Below are positions 1-9,713 of a DNA stretch of 32,000 nt, piece by piece; positions within the stretch are counted from its first letter, which is position 1; each line of letters starts with the position of its first letter. A program made the translations under genes and the position numbers. The stretch lies in NCBI RefSeq assembly GCF_003432385.1, contig NZ_CP031841.1:4103549-4135548 (forward strand), in the 5' to 3' direction. The DNA is from Breoghania sp. L-A4 (GTDB lineage Bacteria > Pseudomonadota > Alphaproteobacteria > Rhizobiales > Stappiaceae). The notes under the pieces were generated by a model. That model ran no database searches. It had not been told where the DNA came from and saw nothing but the letters and a program-made list of their open reading frames with translations.

Positions 1-1445
1 AGCGGCACGTCCATGGCGTGGGCCGCCAGCTCGAACGCGGCGACCGCCTGTGCCGGCGCGCCGAAAGCGAGCAAGCTGAACCCGCGGCCCAGCGCCTCGA
101 AGACGTTGCCGCCCGAGGACAGCGCCCGCGGCGCCAGATGGTGACCTGGGCGAGCCTCATAGCAGTGCTGCCCCTTGGCGCTGCACACCGCAGTCTCCGG
201 CCCGAAAACCACCGGCGATCCGGCGTAATTCGGCTCGAACGCCAGCACCTCGGACTTGGAGCCCGCGGCGCGGGCATCGAGCGCCGCCTGAAACGATCCG
301 GCATCCTTGGGCGGGTAGTACGCCTCGAGAAAATCGCGGTCGTCGATGATCGCCGATTCGATGAAATCGCGCGCCGTCGATGCGAAAACGGGACGGCGCT
401 CGGCGTCGTAGCTGTCGAGCAGAGCGTCGCCGCCCCACCCCTCAAGCACCGCCGCGAGCTTCCAGCCCAGATTGCGCGCGTCCTCAAAGCCCGTGTTGAT
501 GCCGTAGCCGCCGTAGGGCGGATGGCTGTGCGCCGCATCGCCCGCAATGAACACCGAACCGTTGCGGTAGGTGTCGGCGATGGCGATGCGCAGATCCCAA
601 AAGCCGATGTGATCGTAGGCGACGTCGAATTCCGCGCCCACGGAGTCATACAGAAGCCCGTTGAAATCGAAATTCTCCTTCGTGGTGCCGGCCGGCACCG
701 GCGCGTGGAAGAACCAGGTCTCGCCGAGATCGACGCGGCCGAAGAAGCGCCAGTAGCCCTTCAGATCCGGGTGCAGCACGTTGTAGAAGGATTTCCCGGG
801 GAACCGTTTCAGCAGCTCGTGCAAGCCGGTCGACCTGAACACCAGCAGCACCATCAGCTTGTCGTGGTCGGTGCGGGTCTGGGTCATGCCGGTGCTCTCG
901 CGCACCACGGAATTCGCACCGTCGCAGCCCACCACGAAACGGCCGCGCAACCGTCGCTTGCCCAATCCCTTCCGCTCTTCAATGTCAACAATCGCGCCAT
1001 CCGCGTCCTGCGTCACATCGACCGCGCGCCAGCCGTAGACAAGCTCGACCGAGGGCAGCACCGCGGCACGATCGCGCAGCACCTTCTCGGTGGCGTATTG
1101 CGGCAAACGCTCGTTGTCGGTGAAGTAGAACGGGCGCACCAGCTCGCGCGGCAGCCAGTCGTTGTAATAGCCCGACAGCAGCGTTCCATAGGCGGTCATG
1201 CCGCCGATGCCGTAATCGCCCGGCACCGTGCGCGCGGCGCGCAGCTCCGGCTCGCAACCCCAGAAATGGAAGTGTTCCGCCGTCCGCTGCGTGAGGTTCT
1301 GCCCCTTGGGGATCGGCTGCGGCTCCGGGTGGCGCTCGACCACGGCGACGGAGATGCCGCGCTGGCCCAGCTCGATCGCCAGGCCCATGCCGACCGGGCC
1401 GCCGCCGACGATCACCACGTCGTGGGATTTGACTTGCACGTTCAC
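1..1445 (-). CDS. FAD-dependent aromatic monooxygenase (PheA/TfdB or 3-HPP hydroxylase type), C-terminus runs off the window
   Basis: Reverse-strand translation from GTG 1445 (GGAG upstream) gives VNVQVKSHDVVIVGGGPVGMGLAIELGQRG (Rossmann FAD motif); downstream IAGDAAHSHPPYGGYGINTGFEDARNLGWKLA is the class A flavoprotein monooxygenase GD motif. Confidence 0.85.
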   Translation of the reverse strand, partial: MNVQVKSHDVVIVGGGPVGMGLAIELGQRGISVAVVERHPEPQPIPKGQNLTQRTAEHFHFWGCEPELRAARTVPGDYGIGGMTAYGTLLSGYYNDWLPRELVRPFYFTDNERLPQYATEKVLRDRAAVLPSVELVYGWRAVDVTQDADGAIVDIEERKGLGKRRLRGRFVVGCDGANSVVRESTGMTQTRTDHDKLMVLLVFRSTGLHELLKRFPGKSFYNVLHPDLKGYWRFFGRVDLGETWFFHAPVPAGTTKENFDFNGLLYDSVGAEFDVAYDHIGFWDLRIAIADTYRNGSVFIAGDAAHSHPPYGGYGINTGFEDARNLGWKLAAVLEGWGGDALLDSYDAERRPVFASTARDFIESAIIDDRDFLEAYYPPKDAGSFQAALDARAAGSKSEVLAFEPNYAGSPVVFGPETAVCSAKGQHCYEARPGHHLAPRALSSGGNVFEALGRGFSLLAFGAPAQAVAAFELAAHAMDVP

Positions 1446-1617
1446 AGATTGCTCCAGGGTTGTTCGTCTCTAAGTGCCGGTACGCCGGGAGAAACGCGAA
1501 TGGATCCGGCGTCGCACCCTCTCAAACCGGCGGCATCGGGCCGGAGATCCCTCGATCAACCCGCCGTATGCGGGAACAGCCGCGCCGGCCGCGATCGGGA
1601 GTCGTGGACGCCGCCAG

Positions 1618-2445
1618 TCAAGGCCGCGATCCGGGTCCGCCCGCCTCCAGCCCGAGCGGATCCGCGCCGGCGGAATGGCCCGGGGACTCGCTGCGCTCGC
1701 AGAACAGCTGCGCGCTGATGGCGCTCGCCGCCGCCTTCACCTGCGCGCCGACGTCCTTGAGATCGAGATCCGCGAATGTCTCCGCGGCGATGGTGACGCA
1801 GACGGCGGCGATGGGGATCTTCGCCGCGTCGAACACGGGCGCGGCGACACCCACCACGCCCGGCGTCACCTCGCCATAGGCAACCGCGTAGCCGGCCTTC
1901 TTCACCTGGCGGATGCGGGCGCGGATGGCGTCGATGGTGTCGCCCAGACCGATGTCCTGCAGCTCCTCGAAATTACGCTCGATCATCGGCAACAGCTGGC
2001 GGCGCGGCATGAACGCCATGATGGCGCGCGAGATCGCGCCGCGCGCCAGCGGCATCGGCCGTCCGCGCGGATAGCTGGAAAGCGGATCGGGCGTCGAGCA
2101 GGTGGAGGCCACGCACAGGATCTTGTCGCCGTACCAGCGCACCAGCAGCGCCGAGCACGGATAGCGGTCGCTCAGCGCCTTGAGCGAGGTTTCGCCGTTG
2201 AGCACCAGCGCGTCCGACTTGCGCATAAGATAGTCCATCTCGACCACCTTGGGCCCGAGCGTGAACCCGGCGTTGGGCAGCGAGGTGAGCAGCCCCGCCT
2301 CCTTCAGCGTCTTGAGATAGCGGTAGAGCGTCGGCCGGCTGTAGCCGAGCGTCTCCATCAGCTCTTCCGGGGTCCATTCGAGCCGGTCTTCGGAAAACAG
2401 TTCGAGAACGGCGAGAACGCGTTCGAGGCTCGTTTGCGTGGCCAT
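1618..2445 (-). CDS. IclR family transcriptional regulator
   Basis: MATQTSLERVLAVLELFSEDRLEWTPEELMETLGYSRPTLYRYLKTLKEAGLL winged HTH plus IclR effector-domain features (SLKALSDRYPCSALLV, PMARGAISRAIMAFMP). ORF track extends to 2466; ATG at 2445 preferred. Confidence 0.85.
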   Translation of the reverse strand: MATQTSLERVLAVLELFSEDRLEWTPEELMETLGYSRPTLYRYLKTLKEAGLLTSLPNAGFTLGPKVVEMDYLMRKSDALVLNGETSLKALSDRYPCSALLVRWYGDKILCVASTCSTPDPLSSYPRGRPMPLARGAISRAIMAFMPRRQLLPMIERNFEELQDIGLGDTIDAIRARIRQVKKAGYAVAYGEVTPGVVGVAAPVFDAAKIPIAAVCVTIAAETFADLDLKDVGAQVKAAASAISAQLFCERSESPGHSAGADPLGLEAGGPGSRP

Positions 2446-2446
2446 G

Positions 2447-4387
2447 TCAGACAACACTCTCCGCAAGGCGCTGGCGTTTGCGCCGGACCTCCGATGCCAT
2501 CAGCAGCAGACCGCCGCCGACACCCAGGATGTCGCTGATGACCGCGCCTTCGAACGCCGTCCCGGGCACCAGGGCCGCGAGACCGCAGACGGCGAAGGCG
2601 AGGCGCATGGGCATCGAGAGCCGCGCGGAGAAATAACCCGCAAGGCTTGCCGAGATCAGCCACACGCCGATGCCTGCGGTGACGATCGCGACGCCGATGT
2701 CGAGAGGCTCGCCGATCAGGATCAGCGTCGGCGAGAAGACGAACAGCACCGGAATCACATAGGCCGACCAGCCAAAGCGCATCGCGGCGAGCCCAGTGGC
2801 CATGGCTGGCGCCTGGGCGATGCTGGCCGCGGCAAACGCCGCCAGCGCGATCGGCGGGGTGATCATCGACATCATGCCGAAATACAGCACATAGAGATGC
2901 GCCGCGATCGGCTCGATGCCCACCTGGATGAGCGCGGGTGCTACCAGGGCCGCCAGCAGCACATAGACGCCGAGCGTTGGCAGGCCCATGCCCAGAATGA
3001 TGCAGACCACAGCGGACAGGGCCAGCAGCACCGTGGCGTTGCCGCCGCCCACCTGCACCAGCGCATAGGTGAGATTGAAGCTCAGCCCGGTGACGTTGAG
3101 CACGCCGATGACCAGGCCCGAGGCGGCCGAAATCAGGATGATCTCGACAACCGCGTGGCCGGTGCGCGACAGCCCGCGGAAGATGTCGGCAAGCGACGGC
3201 CGCACGCCCTGATACCCCAGCGCCAGAGAGGTGATGATGAGGGCCACCGCCGCCAGCAGCGCCGCGCGTTCAGGCTGCCAGCGCAGCACGAAGAGCGCGT
3301 AGATCAGCACCGCGAAGGAGAGCACGAAGTGCAATCCGCGCAGCACGCTGGCCGCCGACGGAATTTCCGACTTCGGCACCGGCGCGATGTTCATGCGCGC
3401 GGCTTCCAGATCCGCCTGGATGAACAGCGCGACGTAATAGAGAATCGCCGGCACCAGCGCCGCCATCACGATGGTGGAATAGGGAACGGCGAGGAATTCC
3501 GACATCAGGAAGGCCGAGGCGCCCATCACCGGCGGCATCAGCTGCCCGCCGGTCGACGCCACCGCCTCGATCGCCGCCGCCTTGTGCGCCGGATAGCCGT
3601 TGCGCTTGATCATCGGAATGGTGATGACGCCGGTGCCCACGACATTGGCCACCGCCGAGCCCGAGATCGAGCCGAACAGACCCGAGGCCAGCACGGCGAT
3701 TTTCATCGAACCGCCGCGGAATCCGCCCATGCAGAGCATGGCGGCGTCGGTGAAGAAGCGGGAACCGCCGGTGATCGACAGCAGCCCGCCGAACAGAATG
3801 AAGGTGACCACGACGGTGGAGGCCACCGACAGCGGCAGCCCGAGAATTCCGTTGGAATCATAGGCCATGTAACCGGCGAGCATCTGCCAGTTCTGCGGCC
3901 GTCCGGACAGCCGCCCGGGGATCGCGTCGCCGAAGAGCGCATAGAGCAGAAAGACGGCGATGATGACCACCAGGGCCATTCCGGTGGCGCGCCGCAGCGC
4001 CTCGAGCACGAGCAGGGTGACGATGAGCCCCGGCACCCAGACGGCGGGCGGGCGCGAGAAGATCAAGAGCACCAGCTCCGGATAGCCATAGGCGATATAG
4101 CCGACACTCACGAAGCTGGCGAGCGCGAGCGCGAGATCCGTCCAGGGCACGCGCCTGCGCGTCGTTGCGCGCCGCGCCGGCAGGGTCAGATAGGCGAGCG
4201 TCAGCGCGCAGGCCAGAATGGCCGCGAAGAACTGCTGCGGATAAAAGCCGAGGCCGAGATAGCGCGGAACCGAGAAGGCCCAGCAGATCGCCGTCAGCGT
4301 CAGCAGCATGGCGAGCCCGTCGATGACGGGCCGCAAGACACGCAAGGAGAGGCCGGAGCCGGCCTCTCCCTCACTGGAGTCGCTCAT
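2447..4387 (-). CDS. TRAP transporter, fused large/small permease (TAXI type)
   Basis: 646 aa, multiple hydrophobic helices; TRAP/DctM-like signatures such as AVEAVASTGGQLMPPVMGASAFLMSEFLAVPY and CIILGMGLPTLGVYVLLAALVAPALIQVG; adjacent to a TAXI binding protein. Confidence 0.9.
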   Translation of the reverse strand: MSDSSEGEAGSGLSLRVLRPVIDGLAMLLTLTAICWAFSVPRYLGLGFYPQQFFAAILACALTLAYLTLPARRATTRRRVPWTDLALALASFVSVGYIAYGYPELVLLIFSRPPAVWVPGLIVTLLVLEALRRATGMALVVIIAVFLLYALFGDAIPGRLSGRPQNWQMLAGYMAYDSNGILGLPLSVASTVVVTFILFGGLLSITGGSRFFTDAAMLCMGGFRGGSMKIAVLASGLFGSISGSAVANVVGTGVITIPMIKRNGYPAHKAAAIEAVASTGGQLMPPVMGASAFLMSEFLAVPYSTIVMAALVPAILYYVALFIQADLEAARMNIAPVPKSEIPSAASVLRGLHFVLSFAVLIYALFVLRWQPERAALLAAVALIITSLALGYQGVRPSLADIFRGLSRTGHAVVEIILISAASGLVIGVLNVTGLSFNLTYALVQVGGGNATVLLALSAVVCIILGMGLPTLGVYVLLAALVAPALIQVGIEPIAAHLYVLYFGMMSMITPPIALAAFAAASIAQAPAMATGLAAMRFGWSAYVIPVLFVFSPTLILIGEPLDIGVAIVTAGIGVWLISASLAGYFSARLSMPMRLAFAVCGLAALVPGTAFEGAVISDILGVGGGLLLMASEVRRKRQRLAESVV

Positions 4388-4395
4388 CGGGGATC

Positions 4396-5358
4396 CTACT
4401 CAAGGCCTGCGTCTTTGAAGAACCGCAGCGCACCGGGATGGAACTCCGCAACGCCGGGGTCGCCCTTCATCTCGCTGGGCTTGAAGGCCGCGAACGGCTT
4501 GAACGTGTCGGCCATGACCTTGGCGTTCTCATGCATCGCCTTGGCCATGGCGTAGACCACGTCGTCGGGCACGTTGGCGTGGGTGAAGATCACTTGCGGG
4601 AAGGCGATGTAGATATTGTCCTCCAGCACGCCCGGCATGGCGCCCTTGGGCAGCTTCTTGAAAAACGCCGTCGGCCAATGCTTGCGCGCCGCGGCAAGCG
4701 CCGCATCGCTCGCGTCCGCCACGGGAAGCGCCCGCAAGCCGCCGACCGCCGCATCCGCCTCCCGCACCTTGCCCGCGCCGTGGGCGAAGATGAAGCCGTC
4801 CGCTTCACCGGCGATGAAGGCATTGGCGCCCGCGACGACGCTCGGCACGTTGACCGGCTTCATGTCGGCGCGGGTCATTCCCGCCGTGGAATAGAAGGCG
4901 TCGAGCTGCGGCAGAATCGTGTTTTGCGCCGTGTAGCCATCGACCATCGGCCGGCCCTTCAGGTCGGCGATCGACATGATGTCGCTGTCCGCGCGCACGA
5001 AGATCGCCTCAACGAGCGGCATCAGCATCGCCACGACGCGAAGGTTGGGGTTCTTGACGCCGTTCCACCAGGCCTCGCCCGTGACCGCATAGTTGACTTC
5101 CTGCAGATTCGCCACGCCGAACTCGATACCGCCGGAATTGATGAACGGAATGAACTGGTTGGGGCTGGTCGCGGGCTGGATGGTGGTGTTCAGCCCGGCC
5201 TGGTTGGCCGCATTGGCGACCGCGCTGCCGATGTTGTGGAACAGCGACCCCGGATTGGATGTCGCGATTCCGACGGTCTGCGCCGATGCGGCGCTTCCCA
5301 GCGTCGCGGCGACGGCCATGGCGGCGGCGAAGGCCGCCGAGGTGATGATCTGACGCAT
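4396..5358 (-). CDS. TAXI family TRAP transporter solute-binding subunit
   Basis: N-terminal signal peptide (MRQIITSAAFAAAMAVAATLGSAASAQ), 320 aa, LKGRPMVDGYTAQNTILPQLDAFYSTAGM and PQVIFTHANVPDDVVYAMAKAMHEN typical of TAXI proteins; immediately upstream of the permease. Confidence 0.85.
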   Translation of the reverse strand: MRQIITSAAFAAAMAVAATLGSAASAQTVGIATSNPGSLFHNIGSAVANAANQAGLNTTIQPATSPNQFIPFINSGGIEFGVANLQEVNYAVTGEAWWNGVKNPNLRVVAMLMPLVEAIFVRADSDIMSIADLKGRPMVDGYTAQNTILPQLDAFYSTAGMTRADMKPVNVPSVVAGANAFIAGEADGFIFAHGAGKVREADAAVGGLRALPVADASDAALAAARKHWPTAFFKKLPKGAMPGVLEDNIYIAFPQVIFTHANVPDDVVYAMAKAMHENAKVMADTFKPFAAFKPSEMKGDPGVAEFHPGALRFFKDAGLE

Positions 5359-5531
5359 GTGTTTCCCTCCCTCAGAATGCCGCCCGGTTGCTCCGAAGCG
5401 TACACAAAACTCTTATATTGAGATTTTGAGCAGAATGCACTTGCGCGGCGGCGGCTGACAAGAGGAAACTGCGCGCAAATGACGCGACCGTACCAAGGCA
5501 CGCGCAAGGAAGGCCATTCGGAGGGGATGCA

Positions 5532-7244
5532 ATGACGGCGGACACGACCAAGGCTCGGCCAAAAAACGGCGCCGAGGCGATGCTTCTCGGTCTCAAGCGC
5601 GCCGGGGTGGACTATCTGTTCGCCAACGCCGGCACCGATTTTCCGCCGGTGATCGAGGCGATCGCATCGCTGGATCCCGGCGCCATACCGCAGCCCGTGA
5701 CGGTACCGCACGAGACCGCCAGCGTCGCCATGGCGCATGGCTATTACCTGGCCACGGGCCGTGCGCAGGCGGTGATGGTGCATGTCAACGTCGGGCTCGC
5801 CAACGCGGCGATGGGCGTGATCAACGCGGCGTCGGACAATGTGCCGGTGATCGTCATGTCGGGGCGGACGCCGATCACCGAGCGCGGCCGTCCGGGCGCC
5901 CGCGCGACCCCGATCCAGTACGGCCAGGAGATGTACGACCAGTCTTCGCTGGTCAGCAACGTGACCAAGTACCACTACGAAATGCGCTATCCCGAGCAGG
6001 GCGACAGCCTGACGGCGCGGGCGTATGCGCTTGCGATGAGCGAGCCGCGCGGACCCGTCTATCTCAGCCTGCCGCGCGAGCCGCTGATGGAGGAGATCCC
6101 GGAGCACCTGCGCGACCCCTCCCCGGCGCAAACGCCCGCGACACCGGCGCAGCCCGACCCCGCTGCCATCGCCACCGCGGCGCTGTGGCTGAGCGAGTCA
6201 AAAGAGCCGCTGATCCTGATCCAGCGCAGCGACCCGATTGGGGCCACCGCCGCGGAGCTCGCCGCCTTCTCGCAGCGGTTCGGCATCGCCGTCGCCGAGC
6301 CGTTCACGGTGCGCAACGTGATGCCCGGCGCGCATCCGATGTTCCTCGGCAACGATGTGAAGGGTCCGCTGGAACGGGCCGATGTGGTGCTGGTGCTCGA
6401 TTGCGACATTCCGTGGATCGAGGCCTTGCACGCGCCCGCGCCCGGCAAGCGCATCATCCATGTGGGCGCGGATCCGCTGTTCCAGCGCATGCCAGTGCGC
6501 GGCTACCAGACCGATCTCGCCATCACCGCCGATCCGGCGGCCACGCTGAAGGCGCTGGCCGCGGCGCTGCCAGAACCCGATCTCGCGGTGACCACGCGGC
6601 GCGGACGCATCGAACATGCCTCTCATGAACGCCGCGCGGCCGTGGCGCGGACGGCGGCGGAAGGCAGCGGAAGCCCGATGAGCGCGGAGTGGATGAGCCA
6701 GTGTCTGAGCGAGGCCATCGGCGATCAGGCGATGGTGTTCGGCGAGCTCGGCGTGGTGCCCGGCGCGATGACCCCCGCCGGCCCCAACCGGATCTTCAAC
6801 AACCCGCACTCCGGCGGGCTGGGCTGGGCGCTGCCCGCAGCCCTTGGCGCGCAACTGGCCGACCGCAGCCGTCTGTGCGTCGCCTGTATCGGCGACGGTT
6901 CCTACATCTTCGCCAATCCTGTGGCCTGCCACCAGATCGCCGAGGCGCTGGAGCTGCCGATCCTCACGATCATCAAGAACAACGGGATGTGGAACGCGGT
7001 CCGCCGCTCGGTGCTCAACAGCTATCCGCAAGGCGAGGCGGTGCGCGCCAACACCATGCCGCTGACCTCGCTCGAGCCGGCGCCGGACTATCTGAAAGTG
7101 GCGTCAGCCAGCCGCGCGCATGTGGAGCGTGTCGAAAACGGCGCGGATCTGCCCGCAGCACTCGCCCGCGCGCTGACAGTCATCCGCGTGGAACGCCGCC
7201 AGGCCGTGCTTGACGTTCGCATCGCGGTGTCGGACAGGCATTGA
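5532..7244 (+). CDS. Thiamine pyrophosphate-binding enzyme (acetolactate synthase / benzoylformate decarboxylase-like)
   Basis: 570 aa; FANAGTDFPPVIEAI, HETASVAMAHGYYLATGRAQAVMVHVNVGLANA, and C-terminal ThDP motif GDGSYIFANPVACHQIAEALELPILTIIKNN. Confidence 0.85.
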   Translation: MTADTTKARPKNGAEAMLLGLKRAGVDYLFANAGTDFPPVIEAIASLDPGAIPQPVTVPHETASVAMAHGYYLATGRAQAVMVHVNVGLANAAMGVINAASDNVPVIVMSGRTPITERGRPGARATPIQYGQEMYDQSSLVSNVTKYHYEMRYPEQGDSLTARAYALAMSEPRGPVYLSLPREPLMEEIPEHLRDPSPAQTPATPAQPDPAAIATAALWLSESKEPLILIQRSDPIGATAAELAAFSQRFGIAVAEPFTVRNVMPGAHPMFLGNDVKGPLERADVVLVLDCDIPWIEALHAPAPGKRIIHVGADPLFQRMPVRGYQTDLAITADPAATLKALAAALPEPDLAVTTRRGRIEHASHERRAAVARTAAEGSGSPMSAEWMSQCLSEAIGDQAMVFGELGVVPGAMTPAGPNRIFNNPHSGGLGWALPAALGAQLADRSRLCVACIGDGSYIFANPVACHQIAEALELPILTIIKNNGMWNAVRRSVLNSYPQGEAVRANTMPLTSLEPAPDYLKVASASRAHVERVENGADLPAALARALTVIRVERRQAVLDVRIAVSDRH

Positions 7245-7270
7245 GGGGGGCGCGTTCCTTGTGAGTGCAG

Positions 7271-7362
7271 CCCCTCACCCCAGCCCTCTCCCTGAAGGGA
7301 GAGGGGGCGGATACGGCGGAACGGAGCGGCACGGTCCTTCCTTCTCCCCGCCGGGGAGAAGG
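7271..7362. repeat. Variant palindromic repeats (cccctcaccccagccctctccctgaagggagagggggcgg and ccttctccccgccggggagaagg)
   Basis: Direct reading between the two convergent stop codons at 7244 and 7477. Confidence 0.7.
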
Positions 7363-7476
7363 TGGCGCGCACGCGCCGGATGAGGGGGGGCGGATGCGGC
7401 GGGCCGGGTGACGACGGCGGCGGGTTTGGCGGGCGTGCGACAGAAGCCAACCGTCCCCGGTCTGACTCTGCCCCCC

Positions 7477-9036
7477 TCACCGCACCAGGATGTTGCGGAA
7501 CTGCCAGGGGTCGGTCTCGTCGATATCCTCGGGGAAGAAGCCGGGGCGGTCGTCGAGCGGGGTCCAGTCGGTGTAATATCCCTTCACCGGGCCCAGATAC
7601 GGCGTCTGGATTTCCAGGCAGCGGCGGAAATCCATCTCGTCGGTCTCCACGATGCCGGCGTCCGGATTCTCCAGCGCCCACACCATGCCGGCGAGAACGG
7701 CGGAGGTCACCTGCAGGCCGGTGGCGTTCTGATCGGGCGCCAGTTCGCGGGCTTCCTGGATGGAGAGCTGCGAGCCGTACCAGTAGGCGTTCTTCTTGTG
7801 GCCGTAGAGCAGCACGCCGAGCTCATCGATGCCGTCGATGATCTCGCTCTCCTCCAGCAGATGGAATTGCGGCTGGATCTTGCCCGCACTGCCGAACAGC
7901 TCGTGCAGCGAGAGCACCGCGCCGTTGCACGGGTGATAGGCGTAGTGGCAGGTCGGCCGGTAAACCGCCTTGCCATCCTTCTTCACCGTGTAATAGTCGG
8001 CGATCGAGATCGCCTCGTTGTGGGTGACCAGAAAGCCGTATTGCGCGCCCGGCGTGGGGCACCAGGTGCGCACGCGCGTGTTGGCGCCGGGCTGCTCGAG
8101 ATAGATCCCCGCCTTGTTGCCCTTCTTGTGCTTGCGCGCATTCTTGGGCATCCACGTCTCATGCGTGCCCCAGCCCAGTTCGGCGGGCTGGAAGCCTTCC
8201 GAGAGGAACCCCTCGACGGACCAGGTGTTCCAGAAGACGTCGAGCGGCTTGGGCTTGTCGGAGATCTGCGTGTCGCGCTCGGCGATGTGCACGCCCTTGA
8301 CCCCGAGCTTCTGCATCAGCTTCGCCCAGCCCTTGCGTGTCCTGGGCTCGGGCGTATCGACGCCGGTGTCGCGGGCGATGTCCAGCAGCGCCTGCTTGAC
8401 GAACCACGAGACCATGCCCGGGTTGGCGCCGCAGCAGGAGACCGCGGTGGTGCCGCCGGGATGCTTCTTCTTCTCCCGGCGCACGGTCTCGCGCAGCGCA
8501 TAGTTGGTGCGCGCCTCGATGCCGGCGTCCTTGTCGAAATAGAAGCCGGGCCACGGCTCCACGACGGTGTCGATATAGAGCACGCCGAGCTCGCGGCAGA
8601 GCTTCATGATATCCAGCGAGGAGGTGTCGACGGAGAGGTTGACGCAAAAACCCTGGCCCTCGCCTTCGGTGAGCAGCGGCGTGAGGACCTCACGATAGTT
8701 TTCCGGCGTCAGCGCGATGTTGTTGAACGCGTAGCCGCGCTCGACCACCGCCTTGCCTTCCTCCTCCAGCGGATCGATGACCGTCAGCCGCGCCTTGTCG
8801 AAGCTCAGGTGACGTTCGATCAACGGCAGCGTTCCCTTGCCGATCGAGCCGAAGCCGATCATCACCACGGGACCCGTGATGGCGCCATGCACCGGCCACG
8901 GCTTGCCCGGCGCCTTGGCGGCGGGCCGCGAGGCCGTGGGCCTGGAGGCGGCGGCCTTGGAAGCGGGCTTGGGATAGGCGGATTTGGCGGAGGATTTCGG
9001 CTTGGTCTTGGCTGCCGGCTTGCGGGAGGTCGTCAT
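7477..9036 (-). CDS. hss: Homospermidine synthase
   Basis: VVMIGFGSIGKGTLPLIERHLSFDKARLTVIDP, SCCGANPGMVSWFVKQALLDIARD, long C-terminal catalytic region (ITNEA-like EAISIADYYTV, SLHELFG); preceded by a K/A/P-rich N-terminal tail. Start preferred at ATG 9036 (MTTSRK); the track ORF extends to 9096. Confidence 0.85.
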   Translation of the reverse strand: MTTSRKPAAKTKPKSSAKSAYPKPASKAAASRPTASRPAAKAPGKPWPVHGAITGPVVMIGFGSIGKGTLPLIERHLSFDKARLTVIDPLEEEGKAVVERGYAFNNIALTPENYREVLTPLLTEGEGQGFCVNLSVDTSSLDIMKLCRELGVLYIDTVVEPWPGFYFDKDAGIEARTNYALRETVRREKKKHPGGTTAVSCCGANPGMVSWFVKQALLDIARDTGVDTPEPRTRKGWAKLMQKLGVKGVHIAERDTQISDKPKPLDVFWNTWSVEGFLSEGFQPAELGWGTHETWMPKNARKHKKGNKAGIYLEQPGANTRVRTWCPTPGAQYGFLVTHNEAISIADYYTVKKDGKAVYRPTCHYAYHPCNGAVLSLHELFGSAGKIQPQFHLLEESEIIDGIDELGVLLYGHKKNAYWYGSQLSIQEARELAPDQNATGLQVTSAVLAGMVWALENPDAGIVETDEMDFRRCLEIQTPYLGPVKGYYTDWTPLDDRPGFFPEDIDETDPWQFRNILVR

Positions 9037-9144
9037 CGCGATCAATTCCTTTCGGTGGCCCGCCTTGTCACAACGGCGTGTGGCCTGTCCTTTCAAGATA
9101 AGATGCCCGCGCGGCGGGCGTGCCGCGCGGGTGCAACTGTCGCG

Positions 9145-9702
9145 TCACGCATCGAGACGCAGTTTCGGATGGCCCCAGGGGCCGCGCTTGTTTTCGCCGC
9201 ACATCGGGTCGGCAGCGCCGTCGGCGAGCACCATCCCATGAGCATGGACCAACGCACCGGCGACCAGTTCGGTTGCCAGCAGCCTCGCCCGATCCACCGG
9301 ACCTGGCAAGTCGAGCCCTTGCGCCAGCCCGGCGGAAAAGCCGAAACGGCTGTAGTATTCGGCATCGCCCACCAGAATGACGGCCTGATGACCGGCCATG
9401 GCGGCACGGTTGAGGCCCGCGCGCATGAGCTTGGCGCCCAGCCCGCAGCCCTGATGCAGATGCGACACCGCGAGCGGGCCGAGCAGCAGGGCCCGGCAGC
9501 CGTTCACGGTGACATGCCACAGCCGCACGGTGCCGATCAGCGCGCCACTGTCGCTGTCGGTCGCGCTCAGCGCGATCGCCGGCAGGCGGCCTTCGCGCAG
9601 CCGCTCGCAGGTCTTGGTGAACCGCTCGGCCCCGAAGGCGGCATCGAGCAGGCTCTCGCGCGCGCCGTGATGCCAAGACACCTCGTCGGCAATGTCGATC
9701 AT
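9145..9702 (-). CDS. GNAT family N-acetyltransferase
   Basis: 185 aa; LLGPLAVSHLHQGCGLGAKLMRAGLNRAAMAGHQAVILVGDAEYYSRFGF is the acetyl-CoA binding motif A/B pattern. Confidence 0.85.
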   Translation of the reverse strand: MIDIADEVSWHHGARESLLDAAFGAERFTKTCERLREGRLPAIALSATDSDSGALIGTVRLWHVTVNGCRALLLGPLAVSHLHQGCGLGAKLMRAGLNRAAMAGHQAVILVGDAEYYSRFGFSAGLAQGLDLPGPVDRARLLATELVAGALVHAHGMVLADGAADPMCGENKRGPWGHPKLRLDA

Positions 9703-9713
9703 CGAAGCCCGCC

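Noticed and set aside
2438-4555. 705-aa plus-strand ORF opposite the TRAP permease
   Set aside because: Shadow ORF of GC-rich coding DNA: Arg/Ala/His-rich, low-complexity translation with no recognisable domain, while the opposite strand is a clear TRAP permease.
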